A stretch of DNA of 64,000 nt from Selaginella moellendorffii (taxonomy: Eukaryota; Plantae; Lycopodiophyta): the NCBI RefSeq assembly GCF_000143415.4, contig NW_003314261.1:248001-312000 (forward strand), in the 5' to 3' direction. The position numbers and the translations under genes are program-made. Below the pieces are notes generated by a model. It was not told where the DNA came from, made no database searches, and saw nothing but the letters and a program-made list of their open reading frames with translations. Positions 24,801 through 37,709 of this stretch are shown here, in pieces; the first letter of the stretch is position 1; each line of letters starts with the position of its first letter.

Positions 24801-25018
24801 ATCACCATTTCCCACATCCATTTGTTGCTGACAGTTGTTTGTGTCCTAGTACGTAACTATCATCCGGCAAAGACGTGTCTAGTTTAGTCAACGGAGTCAA
24901 CCAACTTCACCCAGCCATTTGGAATCTTATGTTTAGTGTAGTCAACGGAGTCGCATTTGGAGTGGCCAAAGCCCTAAACCAAAGAGAATCAGGGCTTTGT
25001 ATTTGCTAGCTAGCGAGG

Positions 25019-26446
25019 ATGCAGGCCTCTCTAGCTTGTGCCGCCAAGATCGGCGCTGGATCTCCGTGTAGCACCAGGTGGGGCGGCGTCGGGAGCACCA
25101 GATCCGCTGCTGCTACTGCGTTGAGGCTCCCTCCGCTCGCAGCCGCGCTTCCAGTGAGTGGTGGAACTAGGACTAGTAGCAGCAGTAGCAAGCTCTTCCT
25201 GGGATGGGAAGGAGCGATCCAGCAGCAGCCATCGCAGCAGGCACGGAGCAAGCGGATCGTGCGAGCCGAGGCGTACGAAGCTGATGCTGATCACGAGCCG
25301 GCTGCCAAGGCTCCTCCCCAGCTCAACCGGCTCAAGATCGGGATCTACTTCGTGACGTGGTGGGCGCTCAACGTCGTCTTCAACATCTACAACAAGAAGG
25401 TGCTCAATGCCTACCCCTACCCGTGGCTCACCTCCACGCTCTCCCTGGCCGCTGGCTCTGCGCTCATGCTCGCGTCCTGGGCCACCGGCCTCGTCGCCCC
25501 TCCCGACACGGACCTCGCCTTTTGGAAGGCGCTCCTACCGGTAAGTCCTCCACCTGCGAGCTCTTGACTTTCCGCTAAAACCACGAACAGGTTGCGCTGG
25601 CTCATACCATTGGTCACGTTGCCGCCACGGTGAGCATGTCCAAGGTTGCCGTCTCCTTCACTCACATCATCAAGAGCGCGGAGCCAGCCTTCAGTGTTGT
25701 GATCCAGCGTCTCTTCCTGGGAGAGACCTTCCCCCTCTCCGTCTACCTCTCGCTTGTGCCCATCATCGGTGGCTGCGGCCTTGCCGCACTCACGGAGCTC
25801 AACTTCAACATGACGGGTAACTTACGTGGTCCAACACACTGTTGTTACTGACTGCTTCTCGTCTCGGGCCAGGCTTCATGGGGGCGATGATCTCCAACGT
25901 TGCGTTCGTGTTTAGAAACATCTTCTCCAAGAAGGGAATGAAGGCTGGCAAGGCAGTCGGAGGCCTAAACTACTACGCTTGCCTCAGCATTATGTCGCTG
26001 CTGCTCCTCACGCCCTTCGCCATCGCCATGGAGGGGCCTCAGCTGTGGGTGTCGGGGTGGCAGAACGCCGTGCACAACGTCGGGCCGCACTTCATCTGGT
26101 ATGCTTTGCCTCCTCCTCTCTGCGTGACCCTGACTCTCCGTTTGCAAATGACTCGCAGGTGGGTTGTGGCCCAGAGCGTCTTCTACCACCTCTACAATCA
26201 GGTGTCATACATGTCCCTGGATGAGATCTCGCCCCTCACCTTCAGCATTGGGAACACGATGAAGAGAGTCAGCGTCATTGTCTCGTCTATAATCATCTTC
26301 CGCACGCCTGTTCAACTCATCAATGGCGTCGGAGCCGCCATCGCCATTCTTGGGACGTTCCTCTACTCACAGGTAATGCCTACTACTACACATCACCATA
26401 ACCATCTCTTGTTTTTGTTCTTGTTGTGCCGCAGGCAAAGCACTGA
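25019..26446 (+). CDS. GPT: Plastid glucose-6-phosphate/phosphate translocator, copy 2 (5 exons)
   Basis: Same motifs and intron positions as copy 1, with a different transit peptide. Ends YSQ-AKH*. Confidence 0.93.
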
Positions 26447-26554
26447 GCCACCATAGCTTCCTTTCATACAAATAAGTGGCACCAATTTTCCGTATATAAT
26501 ATATAAACACTGTTCGGTTCAATCATATATGTTATTCTCTCTTAAGTGGATCCC

Positions 26555-29500
26555 TCAAAGCATATCGTGGAAGCGAGCGAAAGACTTCTTCTGGATGATA
26601 GCTCTGTAGGAATCACCAGGCTGGACTTCAAACCGGCTCCTTTGGCTGCCAAGACCAGCCCGTTCAGTTCCAACGTGTGCTTGCACGGGCTCTACGATCC
26701 CAGTCCCTTCCTTTCCAAGCCCCTGTCCCAAGGAGCGCATTAGAAACAAAAGCACAAGAGACTACTCACAACACTTACCGATCCCTCTTGCCAGCCCATG
26801 CTCCGGAGCATTCTGTTGCCAACGTTGCTCTCGTCCAGAGCCTTGTCCACCGTGACCGCCTCGTAACTCTCTGCCGAGCCTCCCGAGCTTTGCACCGGAG
26901 CACCGCCCGCACTGGCCATTTCCTCCAGGGGATCTCCCGGCACGCTAAGCCCGTAGAGGCTTCTCCTCTCCGCCGCCCGGTCCCTGTACTGAGGCGTAGT
27001 TTCCGTAAATCTCCGCTTGGATCCCACCCTTGGCCCGCTAGTAGCTTCAGCTCTCAACACGGCCTCGCTCTCGTCCGCTCCGGATGTTTGCTCTCTCCGG
27101 ACAGCCTCCTCGCCCTCCGTGGCTGCCTCGTTCATTCGCTGCTTCCAAAGGTTGAACGTGCTGTTCAGTTTCTTCTTGCCCGAGTTCTTGGACGTAAGAC
27201 GGACTTCCTTGAGCTTGTCCTTGGCTGCACTTGACGCCGCGGCATCTGACATCGCCACCTTGTCGGCGGCAGCATCACTACGCACAACTGCCGGGGCCGA
27301 TATGACTGCACTGGCAGCGTACTGTTTCCTGCTGCTCGCTCTATCCTTGGTTTCACTTGCAGATACGTCTTCAACGGGTTTCGGAGGCTCTGCTTCCTCA
27401 GCTGACGCTGCAGTATATGCTTGATACTGCTGAAGCTCCTGGTTGAAGGTGTACCAGACGCCATGAGTTCCATCGTAGTAAAGGTTCCTGTTGGCGTCGT
27501 AGTAGAACTTGGTTGCGGCATCATAATAGTAGCCCGAGGCTTCATCCCACACAAAGCCGGAGCTCTTGTCACCCTCTTCCAACTCTGACCTGGCGTCGTA
27601 CTCCTTGGGCTCCCAGCCGCTGGCATCGTACTACAACGACCAAGTTAGTGCCGGATGAAACGCAACACACAGAGCAAGGCACCTGCTGGGCACACGATGC
27701 AGCAGCAGTCAGAAGCGGCCCACCGTGCAGGCCATAGGGACTCTTTGCAAATGCAACCCGCAGAATCTGACCATTCTTATCGATCGCGGTGCCGTTGCTG
27801 GCCTCGAGCGCTTTCACCGCGTCCTCGACCTGCCGCTGATCCATCAGAAACAGGTCAAACAGGACTGTTTGGCAACTTACCGAGTGGAAGTGTATGAATG
27901 CATAACCCCGAGAGACGTGCGTAAACTTGTCACGAATCAGCCGCAAATCCTGCAACCCAGCGGTAAGCGATGAAAAACTTAACGACTAAAGTTCACCTTG
28001 ATGGGAGCATGTTTAGAAAACTCGTAGTGCAAAATCTCCTCGTCAACATTGTCGTCAAGCCCACGGACGGCAAGAACATGTGAAGGAGCTGCTCCAGCTT
28101 AGCACAGCGTTAGAAAAGAGAGAGCGTGGGTGAGCACAACTCACCTGGCTCAGGTCCCCTATACCCTGAAGTTGAAAGATCAGTGGCTTCTTCACCGCGG
28201 GCTTCGTTGCACTGTAGCGAGCCAAAAGTAAGCACTCATCTAACTCTAAGCCACGCATACGTACCTGCAGACAGACTACACGCCTAGCAAAGTTGAGGTA
28301 ACCGCAGAGTGCGCAGATCCAGTCAGATGGAACGGCAACTAACGGCTTGCTAGCCTGACCGGAAAATCTGTAGTCTGGAAAAGCCCCTCCCGATGGTCTA
28401 CTACTGATTCTCTTTGGTCAGTACAGACTGAAAAGAGACGACAGCCTTACCTGTATTCCAGAAAAAGCCGCCGTCCATTGACAGTTATCCCGTCAGTCCC
28501 AATAGATGCCATCAACTTTTCGGCAGCGTCCTGCAAAGTTGTTGTCCTTGATTAAGAAAACAAACACCCGGAGAGACAAGGACCACTTACCACAGACGGT
28601 AAATCGACAAAAGCAAAGCCCCGCGACACTCCTGATACCTTTTCTTTTATAACACGAACATGCCTGAGCGGACCCCATCTTTCCTGCAGCATACCGGTTT
28701 AGCATCCAAAAACCAAGGTCCAGTTGCTGCGGCAAAATACCAGTGCCCTATACAGATCATCTTCCACTGTCTTCTGGGAGAGGCCTTTGACAACAATTGT
28801 TCCCGTGGGCACCTGCTGAAGACGAGTTAGAACGACCAACGTTGTCCGAGAACGAAAGAGTTACCACGGAAGGCTGTTGCTCCTCTTGCACGGGCCTGCT
28901 CTCCTCTTGCCACGACGTGTACGGGGAGCGCGATCCATCAGGCGTGTAGACATCTGTGGTCCTATCTCTACCACCGTGTCGACCTCCTCCTCCACCGCCT
29001 CCTCTATCCTTGTCCTTTCTCCTGCCTCTCTCCCTGTCGAGATCATCATAGTCGTGCGACCGCCGACGTTCGTCACCAAAGTCCCTGCTGCTCCTATGCC
29101 TGTAGTCGGAGTCGTCGAACTTATCATGCTCCCAGCAGCTATCCTGCCTCCTGTAGGAGCTGTAGTCCCCCCTAGAGTCGTCCAGGTGGTGGCGCCTGGA
29201 ATGGCGGCGATGGCGCGACTCCCCCTCACTCCCTCTGCCAACAAGAGCATGAGACATTGGAAGAGGGAAGAGATGAGAAACATACCCAGGAGGCTCTGGA
29301 TCGTTCGCCTCGTCATAGCCCTGATCGTGAGCCTGTGCATCCAAAAGAATAAAAGGGGAGTCAGCACTTGGTTGCGAAATTGGACGTTGTTGTCCCAGCC
29401 TGCTTCCTGTTTAATGAGGAATCGAGGACACATTCTTCCACTGTCCGTGGGAGTGGGACACTACTAACACACAAAGCCAGTGTGAGACTGTAGGGAGGCA

Positions 29501-29590
29501 TACGCTGCTATTATCCCATCCCGATCGACGATGATGGTGATGGTGGTGCTGGTAGTGCTGCTGCTGCTCAAAACGCCCACTCGCTTCCAT
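26555..29590 (-). CDS. SUA: SUPPRESSOR OF ABI3-5 / RBM5-RBM10-like splicing factor, multi-exon
   Basis: RRMs (LRLIRDKFTHVSRGYAFIHF), RanBP2 zinc finger (DWICALCGYLNFARRVVC), OCRE (GFVWDEASGYYYDAATKFYYD), YRDRAAERR and G-patch ([30 protein letters not shown]). Confidence 0.92.
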
Positions 29591-29809
29591 GCTAGCCTGC
29601 ACCCGCGGAGCTCGCCGTGCTCTAGCTCTAGGTTATCGCATCAATACAAAGCACGCCTCTCACCTCCAGCGCCTCCTCTTCGCCTGCCCTGCCCTACCCA
29701 GCCCAGCCCAGCCAGCCCTAAAATCTCTTTTCAAGAAAGGTATCTTACTAATCCACCCTTATCGATCAAAGAGGAAGGAAGATTCAATCGCATCTAGGGC
29801 TACCTGCAA

Positions 29810-30925
29810 ATGGGGAAGACGTTCCGGAAGCGTGTGGCGTCGGACGAGGAGGATGACGAGGAGGAGCGCCGGTAAGCATCGAATCGCTGGCCATGGGCGC
29901 TGGCTCACATTTCCATCCCTCACAGGCTCGCTTTGGAGGAGGTGAAGCTTCTGCAAAAGCAGCGGGGGCGGCGGTGTGGCGTGATGGCCAATCCGGTGGC
30001 TGCGTCGCCGGGGTTGGACAGGGTCAAGAGCTCGGACAAGGTGGAAGTGGAGGGCGAGAAGGAGGAGCTTGTGCTCCAGGACACCTTCGCCCAGGAGACC
30101 GCTGTCAATGTGGAAGACCCCAACATGTAAGTCCCTCTCGCCGTGGTCTTCATGCGTAGCTAAACGCGACGCAGGCTCAAATATGTGGAGCAGGAGCTTG
30201 CAAAGAAGAGAGGGAGGCAAGAGTCTGGAGGCACAGTGGACGCGGACAAGCCTGCCGAGGACGACTTATACGTTATTCCTGACCACCTCAAGGTAACGCT
30301 TTTGCTTCTTTGGACGCACGTAACTGGACGAGTGTAGGTGCGAAAGAGGAACTCTGAAGAAAGCTCCACGCAATGGACGACCGGTATAGCGGAGGTGCAG
30401 CTCCCTCTCGAGTAAGTATGGCAAGAGTTGCTGCGTTTTGCTCCGGGCAACTCAACCTGGTCAGCTTGCAGATACAAGCTGAGGAATATAGAGGAAACCG
30501 AGGCAGCAAAGAAGCAGCTTCAAGATAAGCGCCCCCTGGTTGGCAGAACAAGGTGCGTGTTTACTCCAGTAAATACACATGTAGCTATCGGTGTGTTCCA
30601 CTCCAGGCCCCAGTCCAGTATTCCTGCCAGTTACAGCGCCGATTACTTCCAACGTGGTCGTGAGTATGCGGAAAGGCTGCGGAGAGGTACTACAGTTCGT
30701 GGCTAGGCTGCACTAAAAGCTCATGCCCGCGTATGTGCGCACTTTGCAGATCATCCCGAGCTGTACAAGGACAAGGACGCTGCTGTTTCTTCTCAAGACA
30801 ATACGCAAGCAACTAGTGGTCCCGATGGTGCACCCGAAGGTCGCACCAGGAGGCAGGCAGCGACGGATGAGATCATGCTGGAACGCTTTCGAAAGCGAGA
30901 AAGGAGCCGCCTCATGCGGCGGTAG
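29810..30925 (+). CDS. CSU2: C9orf78/Tls1/HCA59 family (plant CSU2-like), multi-exon
   Basis: LQDTFAQETAVNVEDPNM-LKYVEQEL, DDLYVIPDHLK, WTTGIAEVQLPLE-YKLRNIEETEAAKK and ATDEIMLERFRKRE. Confidence 0.88.
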
Positions 30926-31204
30926 CGCAAGGTAGTGGCATACCTTTCGCTATCTCTGTGTAAATTTATGTAACACTCGGATTCTTCCAGCTTGATGGAA
31001 GGGTGCGCCAGGCAAGGTTCATGTACTTGAATGCAAAACTCTGTCGTGGTTGACTTTAAACACCATGTCTCGTGATGCCATGTCGAAAACATGCCATCGT
31101 GCTGGACGACGCGGCACATGAACATTGCGGAAGTCTTCTCAGTGGGCTATAAGAGTGGCAAACTCCGCATCAGTTCCTCAAGCAAGGATCGACTTTAGGA
31201 AGCA

Positions 31205-32369
31205 ATGGCAGCAGCAGCAGCGCAGGTGCTAGTGTCGAGCTTGGTGCTCATGATGGTTGCAGCCGCGGCTGCTACTTACAGCTATCCGGACCAGCCGACG
31301 GACTACATCCTTCTCAGCCGCCTGTACAGGAGAGGGCCGGAGCGTGCTCAGTGCATTGGCAGGAACAGGAAGTGCCGGTTGATGGTGCTCCAGTGCCCGT
31401 GGCAATGCCCCGACCGGAAGAGCACCGTCCAGGGGAAGCAGTCGTGCTTCATCGATTGCTCGCCTAAGTGCGAGGCTACGTGCAAGCGTGAGTTGTGCTT
31501 TCCTCTTATTCTCTTTGCAAATGTTTCTGCTTCTCACGGCTAGCTTTGTTTTTACAGGCCGGAAGCCCAACTGTCGAGGCTATGGCTCCGTCTGCTACGA
31601 CCCCCGCTTCGTGGGAGGAGACGGAGTCATGTTCTACTTCCACGGCATGTCGGACAAGGATTTCGCCATCGTCTCGGACAGCAGCATGCAAATCAACGCG
31701 CACTTCATAGGCAAGCGCGTCCAGGGACGAAGCCGAGACTTCACCTGGGTACAAGCTCTGGGGGTCATGTTTGGCGAGGATAGCAGGAGCTTGACGGTGG
31801 GAGCCAAGAAAGTTGGCGTGTGGGACGACGAGGTGGACCAGCTGGTGTTCACGTACAAGGGCGAGCCAGTCGTGGTTCCGGCGGGAGCCAACTCGGTGTG
31901 GACTTCGGACAGTGGAGACGTGAGAGTGGAGCGAATCGCGGAGACCAACAGCGTGGAGCTTGCGGTGGAGGGGCTGCTGTCGGCTTCCATCACCGTGGTG
32001 CCCATCACGGAGAGAGACAACAAGATCCACAAGTACGAGCTCACCCGGGACGATTGCTTCGCTCACCTCGACATCCAGTTCAAGTTTTTCAACCTGTCGA
32101 GCGCTGTGGATGGAGTGCTGGGGCAGACTTATCGGCCAGAGTTTCACAACCCGGTCAAGGTGGGCGTGCCCATGCCGATCATGGGCGGGGAGGACAGGTT
32201 CCAAGTTAGCTCTTTGATCAGCGCGGATTGCAAGTCGTGCGTGTTCCAGGCCCAGGCCCAGGCCCAGGCCGCCGCTAGTAGCACCATCACCGACATGGGA
32301 TTGGGAATGGAAGTGGCGACTCAATGTAGCAGCAACAGTGGCAGCGGTGGAATGATGTGCCGCAGATAA
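31205..32369 (+). CDS. Late-embryogenesis-abundant-related root-cap protein (2 exons)
   Basis: Signal peptide, Cys-rich CP.QCP...C..KCEATC, RKPNC.GYGSVCYDPRFVGGDGVMFYFHG, RDFTWVQALG and DCFAHLDIQFKF..VDGVLGQTY. Confidence 0.92.
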
Positions 32370-32442
32370 AAGAGAGCTTCTTGTTTGGTTCGAGTGTCTT
32401 TTTAACATAACGGAGCGTTTCTCCTTTCCTCTGTTTAAAATG

Positions 32443-32477
32443 TTTCCCGCCACTGGCCAAATCCCTAGCTAGGGTTT
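32443..32477 (+). promoter_or_regulatory. E2F site plus telo-box in the DNA2 promoter
   Basis: TTTCCCGC at 32443-32450 (E2F consensus) and TAGGGTTT at 32470-32477, overlapping the palindrome CCCTAGCTAGGG. Confidence 0.6.
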
Positions 32478-32488
32478 ATGCGGCAACC

Positions 32489-35400
32489 ATGCCGAGGAAG
32501 GGCAAGCGTCCGCCCAAGGCATCAGCGGCAGCGCAGCCAGCGAGGTTCGGCATCCAGCATTTCTTCCAGCGCCAAGCATCGCCCTCCTCGCAGCCGCAAG
32601 AGATCGCGCTTCCGGTCAAGCAGGAGCATGTCGACAATGGTCATAGGAAACGTGTCAAGCTGCCGCCTTCGGAGGTTTCGGCGTCGCCGCAGGGGTCTGA
32701 TGATGGAAGCGACGAAATCGTCTGGGAAGCCTCCCCCACTGCCGAGCGATGGCAGGGCTTGAAGCTTGCTTTGCGCCCCTGTCAATCAGGAAAGAATGTG
32801 GGTATAAGCATCACCTCGCCTCGTCTCAAGGTAAAAGCTATATTCTTTGAGGGAGCGTCTAATGGAATTTCTACCAGCTGAATGATCCGAACAAGGAAAA
32901 TGTACCAATCACACAGCCAACGAGCAAACAACAGCTGTTGAGAGTCCCGTCCCCAGCTCCACAATGCAAGGTACGTGGTTTCTCTTTTGTCAGCAGCCGT
33001 TTCCCGATTAGTCATATCCAGGCGCGCTCTGTTATAAAACATGGATCTAAACGGCAAGGAAAGCGCAAGGTATCACATGAAGCTTTCTTTCTCTTTCCCT
33101 TAAAGTTTCTGGTGTGTTTCTTTTAGGTGCTGCTTGATCTACTCGATCAGGTTGAGCTTGTAATTTCTGATGACAAGAAAGCTCCTGGAAGTGAGCCTTG
33201 TGTGGTCCAACCGGCAAGTCACATTCCAAAGAATGACGATGAACAGCACACTAACGTTTCTCGGATCGCGGAGGACACTAAGCCGGATATTTATTATCTA
33301 GTTCTTGAAGTAGGCTACAAGTTTGCTTGTAGACGTATTTCATTCTTTTCTTTTTCAGGTAACAGAATCCGAGTATCAAAAGGAACATGGTCCTGGTTGC
33401 TATCCTCAAAAGGTATCTGAACTTCTTTCTACGAAAAAAACTTATAAACGTCACCGTGCTGCCAGGTTTTGCGGCTGTTCGATGAGAAAAATGCGGTTGA
33501 GAAACTAGTTCACCTTCGTGATGAATGGTAGGCTTGTAAGCTGCTGCATTTTAAAGAGCTCACGTTATCGTTGTGCAGGAGTTCTAGTGTCATACGACCT
33601 GGTGATACTGTAAACATAATCGGAGACTTCGGGGCTGACAACAAGTGCATAGTTGACCACAAAGCTAATTTGCTTGTACTTCACCCAGATGTGCTTGTTT
33701 CTGGATCACGGGTATGTTTTTTCTTTTTTATCTTTCTACGTGGATGTTTTTCTTTTATGCGTATATTCAGGTAGGATCAAGTTTCAGTTGTTCCAGAAGA
33801 GCTGTCTTGAACGAGAGGCTCAAGTCGTTCGATAGTTCTATGGCTGCATTGCTAGGGACAATGCTTCATCGTCTCTTTCAGGTGTAACAGTGTTGATTTT
33901 GTGATCTCATTTTCATCCTGTTCTTCTGTTTGGCAGAAAGCGTTAACTGCTGAAAAACCATCGCATGACGATTTGCAAGTTCAAGCCAAAAGGATTGTTT
34001 TGGATCATATAGATGGTTTGTATGCTCTAGCAGGTAAAATTCTGGTTATATTTTATTTTTGGAGGTTTCTATTCATCAATTGTGCAGGGAATGAAAAGGA
34101 AGCGCTCATCAAGCTTGTTGACGCCATTCCTCCACTATTGGACTGGTTGCAAACCTACAGAAACCCCAAGGTAACCTGAGTCCAGCTGTGCTTTGACTCA
34201 TCTTCCCTTCAGGAATCATCTGAAGCTAATATTGACTTTGGTATGGGGACTGGTGAACGCCGTGTCGCCATTACAGAGGTACTGCACCAAAACTTTAAGA
34301 TGTATGAATCACGCTTTCACTCTTTTCAGGTTGTAGATATTGAGGAGATGATCTTGTCGCCGAAGTACGGGCTCAAAGGAATGATCGATGCATCGGTAAG
34401 AGTCGACGAGGAACACATGCCCCTTGAGTTCAAAACGGGGAGAGCAACAACTGGTCAGGTTAATATAAACACTAGAATTCGGCTTTGAAGCGTAAAGCTT
34501 GAACAATTTTGACAGGCTGGAGTAGAGCATCGTGCCCAGGTTATTTTATACACGCTTTTGATGTCCGACAGGTGCGTTGCTTTTCTTTAAAAATACTCTT
34601 TTATAGTTTCTTGCAGGTATTCCCAAGACGTGAATCAAGGAATGCTGTATTACCTGCATACCAAACAGACTCTGGTATTTCGAGGATTCATGTAGTGTCT
34701 AATCTGATCAAGTTCAAAGCAGGGCATTCAGGCTCAACGTGCGGACGTTACAGGTCTTTTGATGCGGCGGAACGAGCATGCATCTCATCTGCTTCGTGCT
34801 TTGTCAACTCAGGCTTTACCGCCAATGTTGCAGGTTAGATGTTTCTTTCTTCCACCAAAAAGTAACCGATTCTATGCAGAGCTCGCACATGTGCCGTGGA
34901 TGCCCGCTCCTTGACGTGTGCACTATGTACCATAAGGTGTGTGCTCACAAATGTCGATGTTTTCGAGACCCTGACAATGAGCTTCAGTTGCAAGACGGTG
35001 GAACGGGAGAGTCCAGTGGGCTCGGGGAAGTTTTTGATGCATTCACTGCCCACCTAAATCACAAGCATGGGAAATTTCTTCAGCATTGGGAACATTTGAT
35101 TGATTTGGAAGCTCAATTGCATTTTGTAAGTACGTTATGGCGTTTTCTTTGGTCTCAATTCTGCTTGTTATCTCAGTCCTCTCAAAGCGAAATATGGAGA
35201 ACTTACGGTGGTCAGCGGGAAGAACGTAATCGATGTCTTTCGTCAATGGTCATAACATCCTTCAATGATGACAAGGAAAGGCCTGGAAGCGTTATTTATC
35301 GTTTTCAAAAGGCAGCATCATCGAGTAATCTACAAAAGGGTAACCAGGAACAAATATTCACATTAGGAGATTACGTGGTATGTGCTTTGGTTGTTCTTTT

Positions 35401-37669
35401 TCCCTTTATGATGTTTTCCGCAGTTGTTGAGCACGGAAAGTGGTTTTTTCGCACTTGCCGGAGGTATTGTCAGAAGTGTCAACCCTGACTGCGTTATGGT
35501 AACGCTTGCTTGTCTTCTCTGATTATGACTTACATTGTTTCCAGGTCTCCGTATCTCGTGCGCTAAGGTTGCCTGGAACTACCAAGGCAAACAGAATATT
35601 TCATGAAGTGTGGCGACTAGATAGGGATGATAGTAGTTCCTCTTTTGCTGTTATGAGGTAAGCCATCTGGAAAATTTTGTTGCTCTAACTTGTCCTTCGA
35701 AGATATAATGTGTTACAACTTTTTGTGAGAGATGGGGCTAGGCGTTCCCGCGAACTTATTGTCGATCTTGAGGTAAGCATTTACGATTTTAGATGTTCTG
35801 TGTGGATGTTCTCGACCAGGCACCGGTGTTCGACAATTTTTTAAGAGTTAGCCAAGACCCTGCTTCAACTTATGTTAATACACTAACAAATCTGAACAAA
35901 GACCAGCGCAGTGCTATCGGGAAGGTAAGCTTGGTTTTATATGTTCACCCCAAGTGTACTCACGGGAATGTTTCGTGCAGATAATCTCAGCCAGAGACTA
36001 CTGTCTAATACTGGGAATGCCTGGCACAGGAAAGACCTCAACAATCGTCTATGCGGTACGGGCTCTGCTCTTAAGAGGCTTGTCTATTTTGTTGGCGTCG
36101 TACACGAACTCTGCTATTGACAACATACTTTTGAAACTGAAGTCCCAGGTGTGATGAATATTGTCGTTCTTCTCAAGCACGTGGTGTTGCAGGGCGTAGA
36201 CTTCGTTCGTGTGGGTAGGCCAGAAACGATTCATCCCGAGCTTGTTCAACATGCCATAGGGACAAACGTGACATCTGTCGACGAGCTGAGTTTGAAAATA
36301 AGTCAAGCTCGAGTAGTTGGAGCGACTTGCCTTGGCATAACGCACGCTTTATTTTCCAGACGGAAGTTCGACGTCTGCATCGTTGACGAGGCTGGACAGA
36401 TTACTTTACCTGTGAGTGTTTGTGACAGTGTACTATCACTGAAGCTGCTGTATCCAGGTTTGTTTAGGACCGCTGCGGTATGCACGAGCCTTCGTTCTTG
36501 TTGGTGATCATTATCAGCTCCCTCCTCTTGTTCAGGTGCTAAATTAGTCTTTTGCTGTAGTGACATCACACATGCATTGCAGAGTGCGGAGGCTAGAGAA
36601 AAGGGAATGGCTATCAGCCTCTTTCGCAAGCTTTCCGAAGCGCACCCATTTGCTGTTGCGGCTCTTGAATTCCAGGTAAATTTTCTGCTGTTAGCTGGAT
36701 ATTAGTTGCGTGTTGTGCAGTATCGTATGTGCTCAGCCATAATGAACCTTTCGAATGTTTTAATTTATGGCAATCGTTTGAGATGTGGATCAACCGAAGT
36801 CGCCAACGCTCGGCTTTATGTAGATATTTCAAAGGGATTACCTCCATGGACTCAACAGGTAAATGAGTCTGGTACTCCTAAGACACGATTTTACTAAAGT
36901 ATGCTCTGCAGGTTTTAGATTGCGCGCTAAGTGTACTTTTCCTGGACGTAGGTAATGTTTCACTTTGATTAGTTTTGTCGGGTTACAGATTTCGGATAAA
37001 TGCAGACAATATTAGCTCACAAGATAGGCATCATGGTCACGCAAAGCACAACTCTGTCGAGTGTTCTGTATTGATTGATGTGAGTATCGGTTTCCTCATT
37101 CTTTTCTGAGACCCAGAGTTCGCTCCCAGATACTCCATAATTTAAAGAAAGGTGGTGTGGATACACGCTCCGTGGGGGTGATCAGCCCTTACAAAGGCCA
37201 GGTAGATTACATCAGGCAACGGATAAGTGACAATGGTGCAGGCCTCGCGGACGTCGAAGTCCATACTATCGACAAATACCAGGTTGGTTTCCTATGTTCC
37301 ATGAAACGTAACATCTGTTTGTCAGGGAAAAGACAAGGATTGCATTCTAGTATCGTTTGCGCTATCCGAAGATCATCGAGTTTTAGGATCCCTTCTAACA
37401 GACTGGCATCGAATCAATGTTGCAATAACCAGAGCCAAGGTAAAGCGGCACTTACATCTATCCACTCAGCTGATGTTCAACTGCAGAAAAAGCTTATCAT
37501 GATTGGCTCCATGAAGGCACTTTCGTCAATTCCATTGCTTGGGCTTCTTATTCAGCAGGTGAGATTCGTTAAGAGCTCGAGACGGATGCTTTAAGTATGT
37601 TCCTTTCAGGTGCAGGACCAAGGCGGCCTAGTTAGGCTTCCTGAAGATCCATACAAGGTTGTAATTTAG
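32489..37669 (+). CDS. DNA2: DNA replication ATP-dependent helicase/nuclease DNA2 (JHS1), many exons
   Basis: Nuclease motifs [22 protein letters not shown] and [13 protein letters not shown]. Fe-S Cys [12 protein letters not shown]1 helicase motifs [35 protein letters not shown] and [10 protein letters not shown]. Confidence 0.93.
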
Positions 37670-37709
37670 CAGCAGGATGAGGCAAAGGAGTAATCATACC
37701 TATTATCCT

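Noticed and set aside
24886-24952. Direct repeat TAGTCAACGGAGTC (x2), superficially CRISPR-like or MSA-like
   Set aside because: Only two copies in eukaryotic DNA, most simply a small local duplication.
31506-32453. 315-aa antisense ORF over the root-cap LEA gene (similar long antisense ORFs at 51539-52321 and 62517-63587)
   Set aside because: Shadow ORFs of GC3-rich coding sequence with no recognisable motifs.
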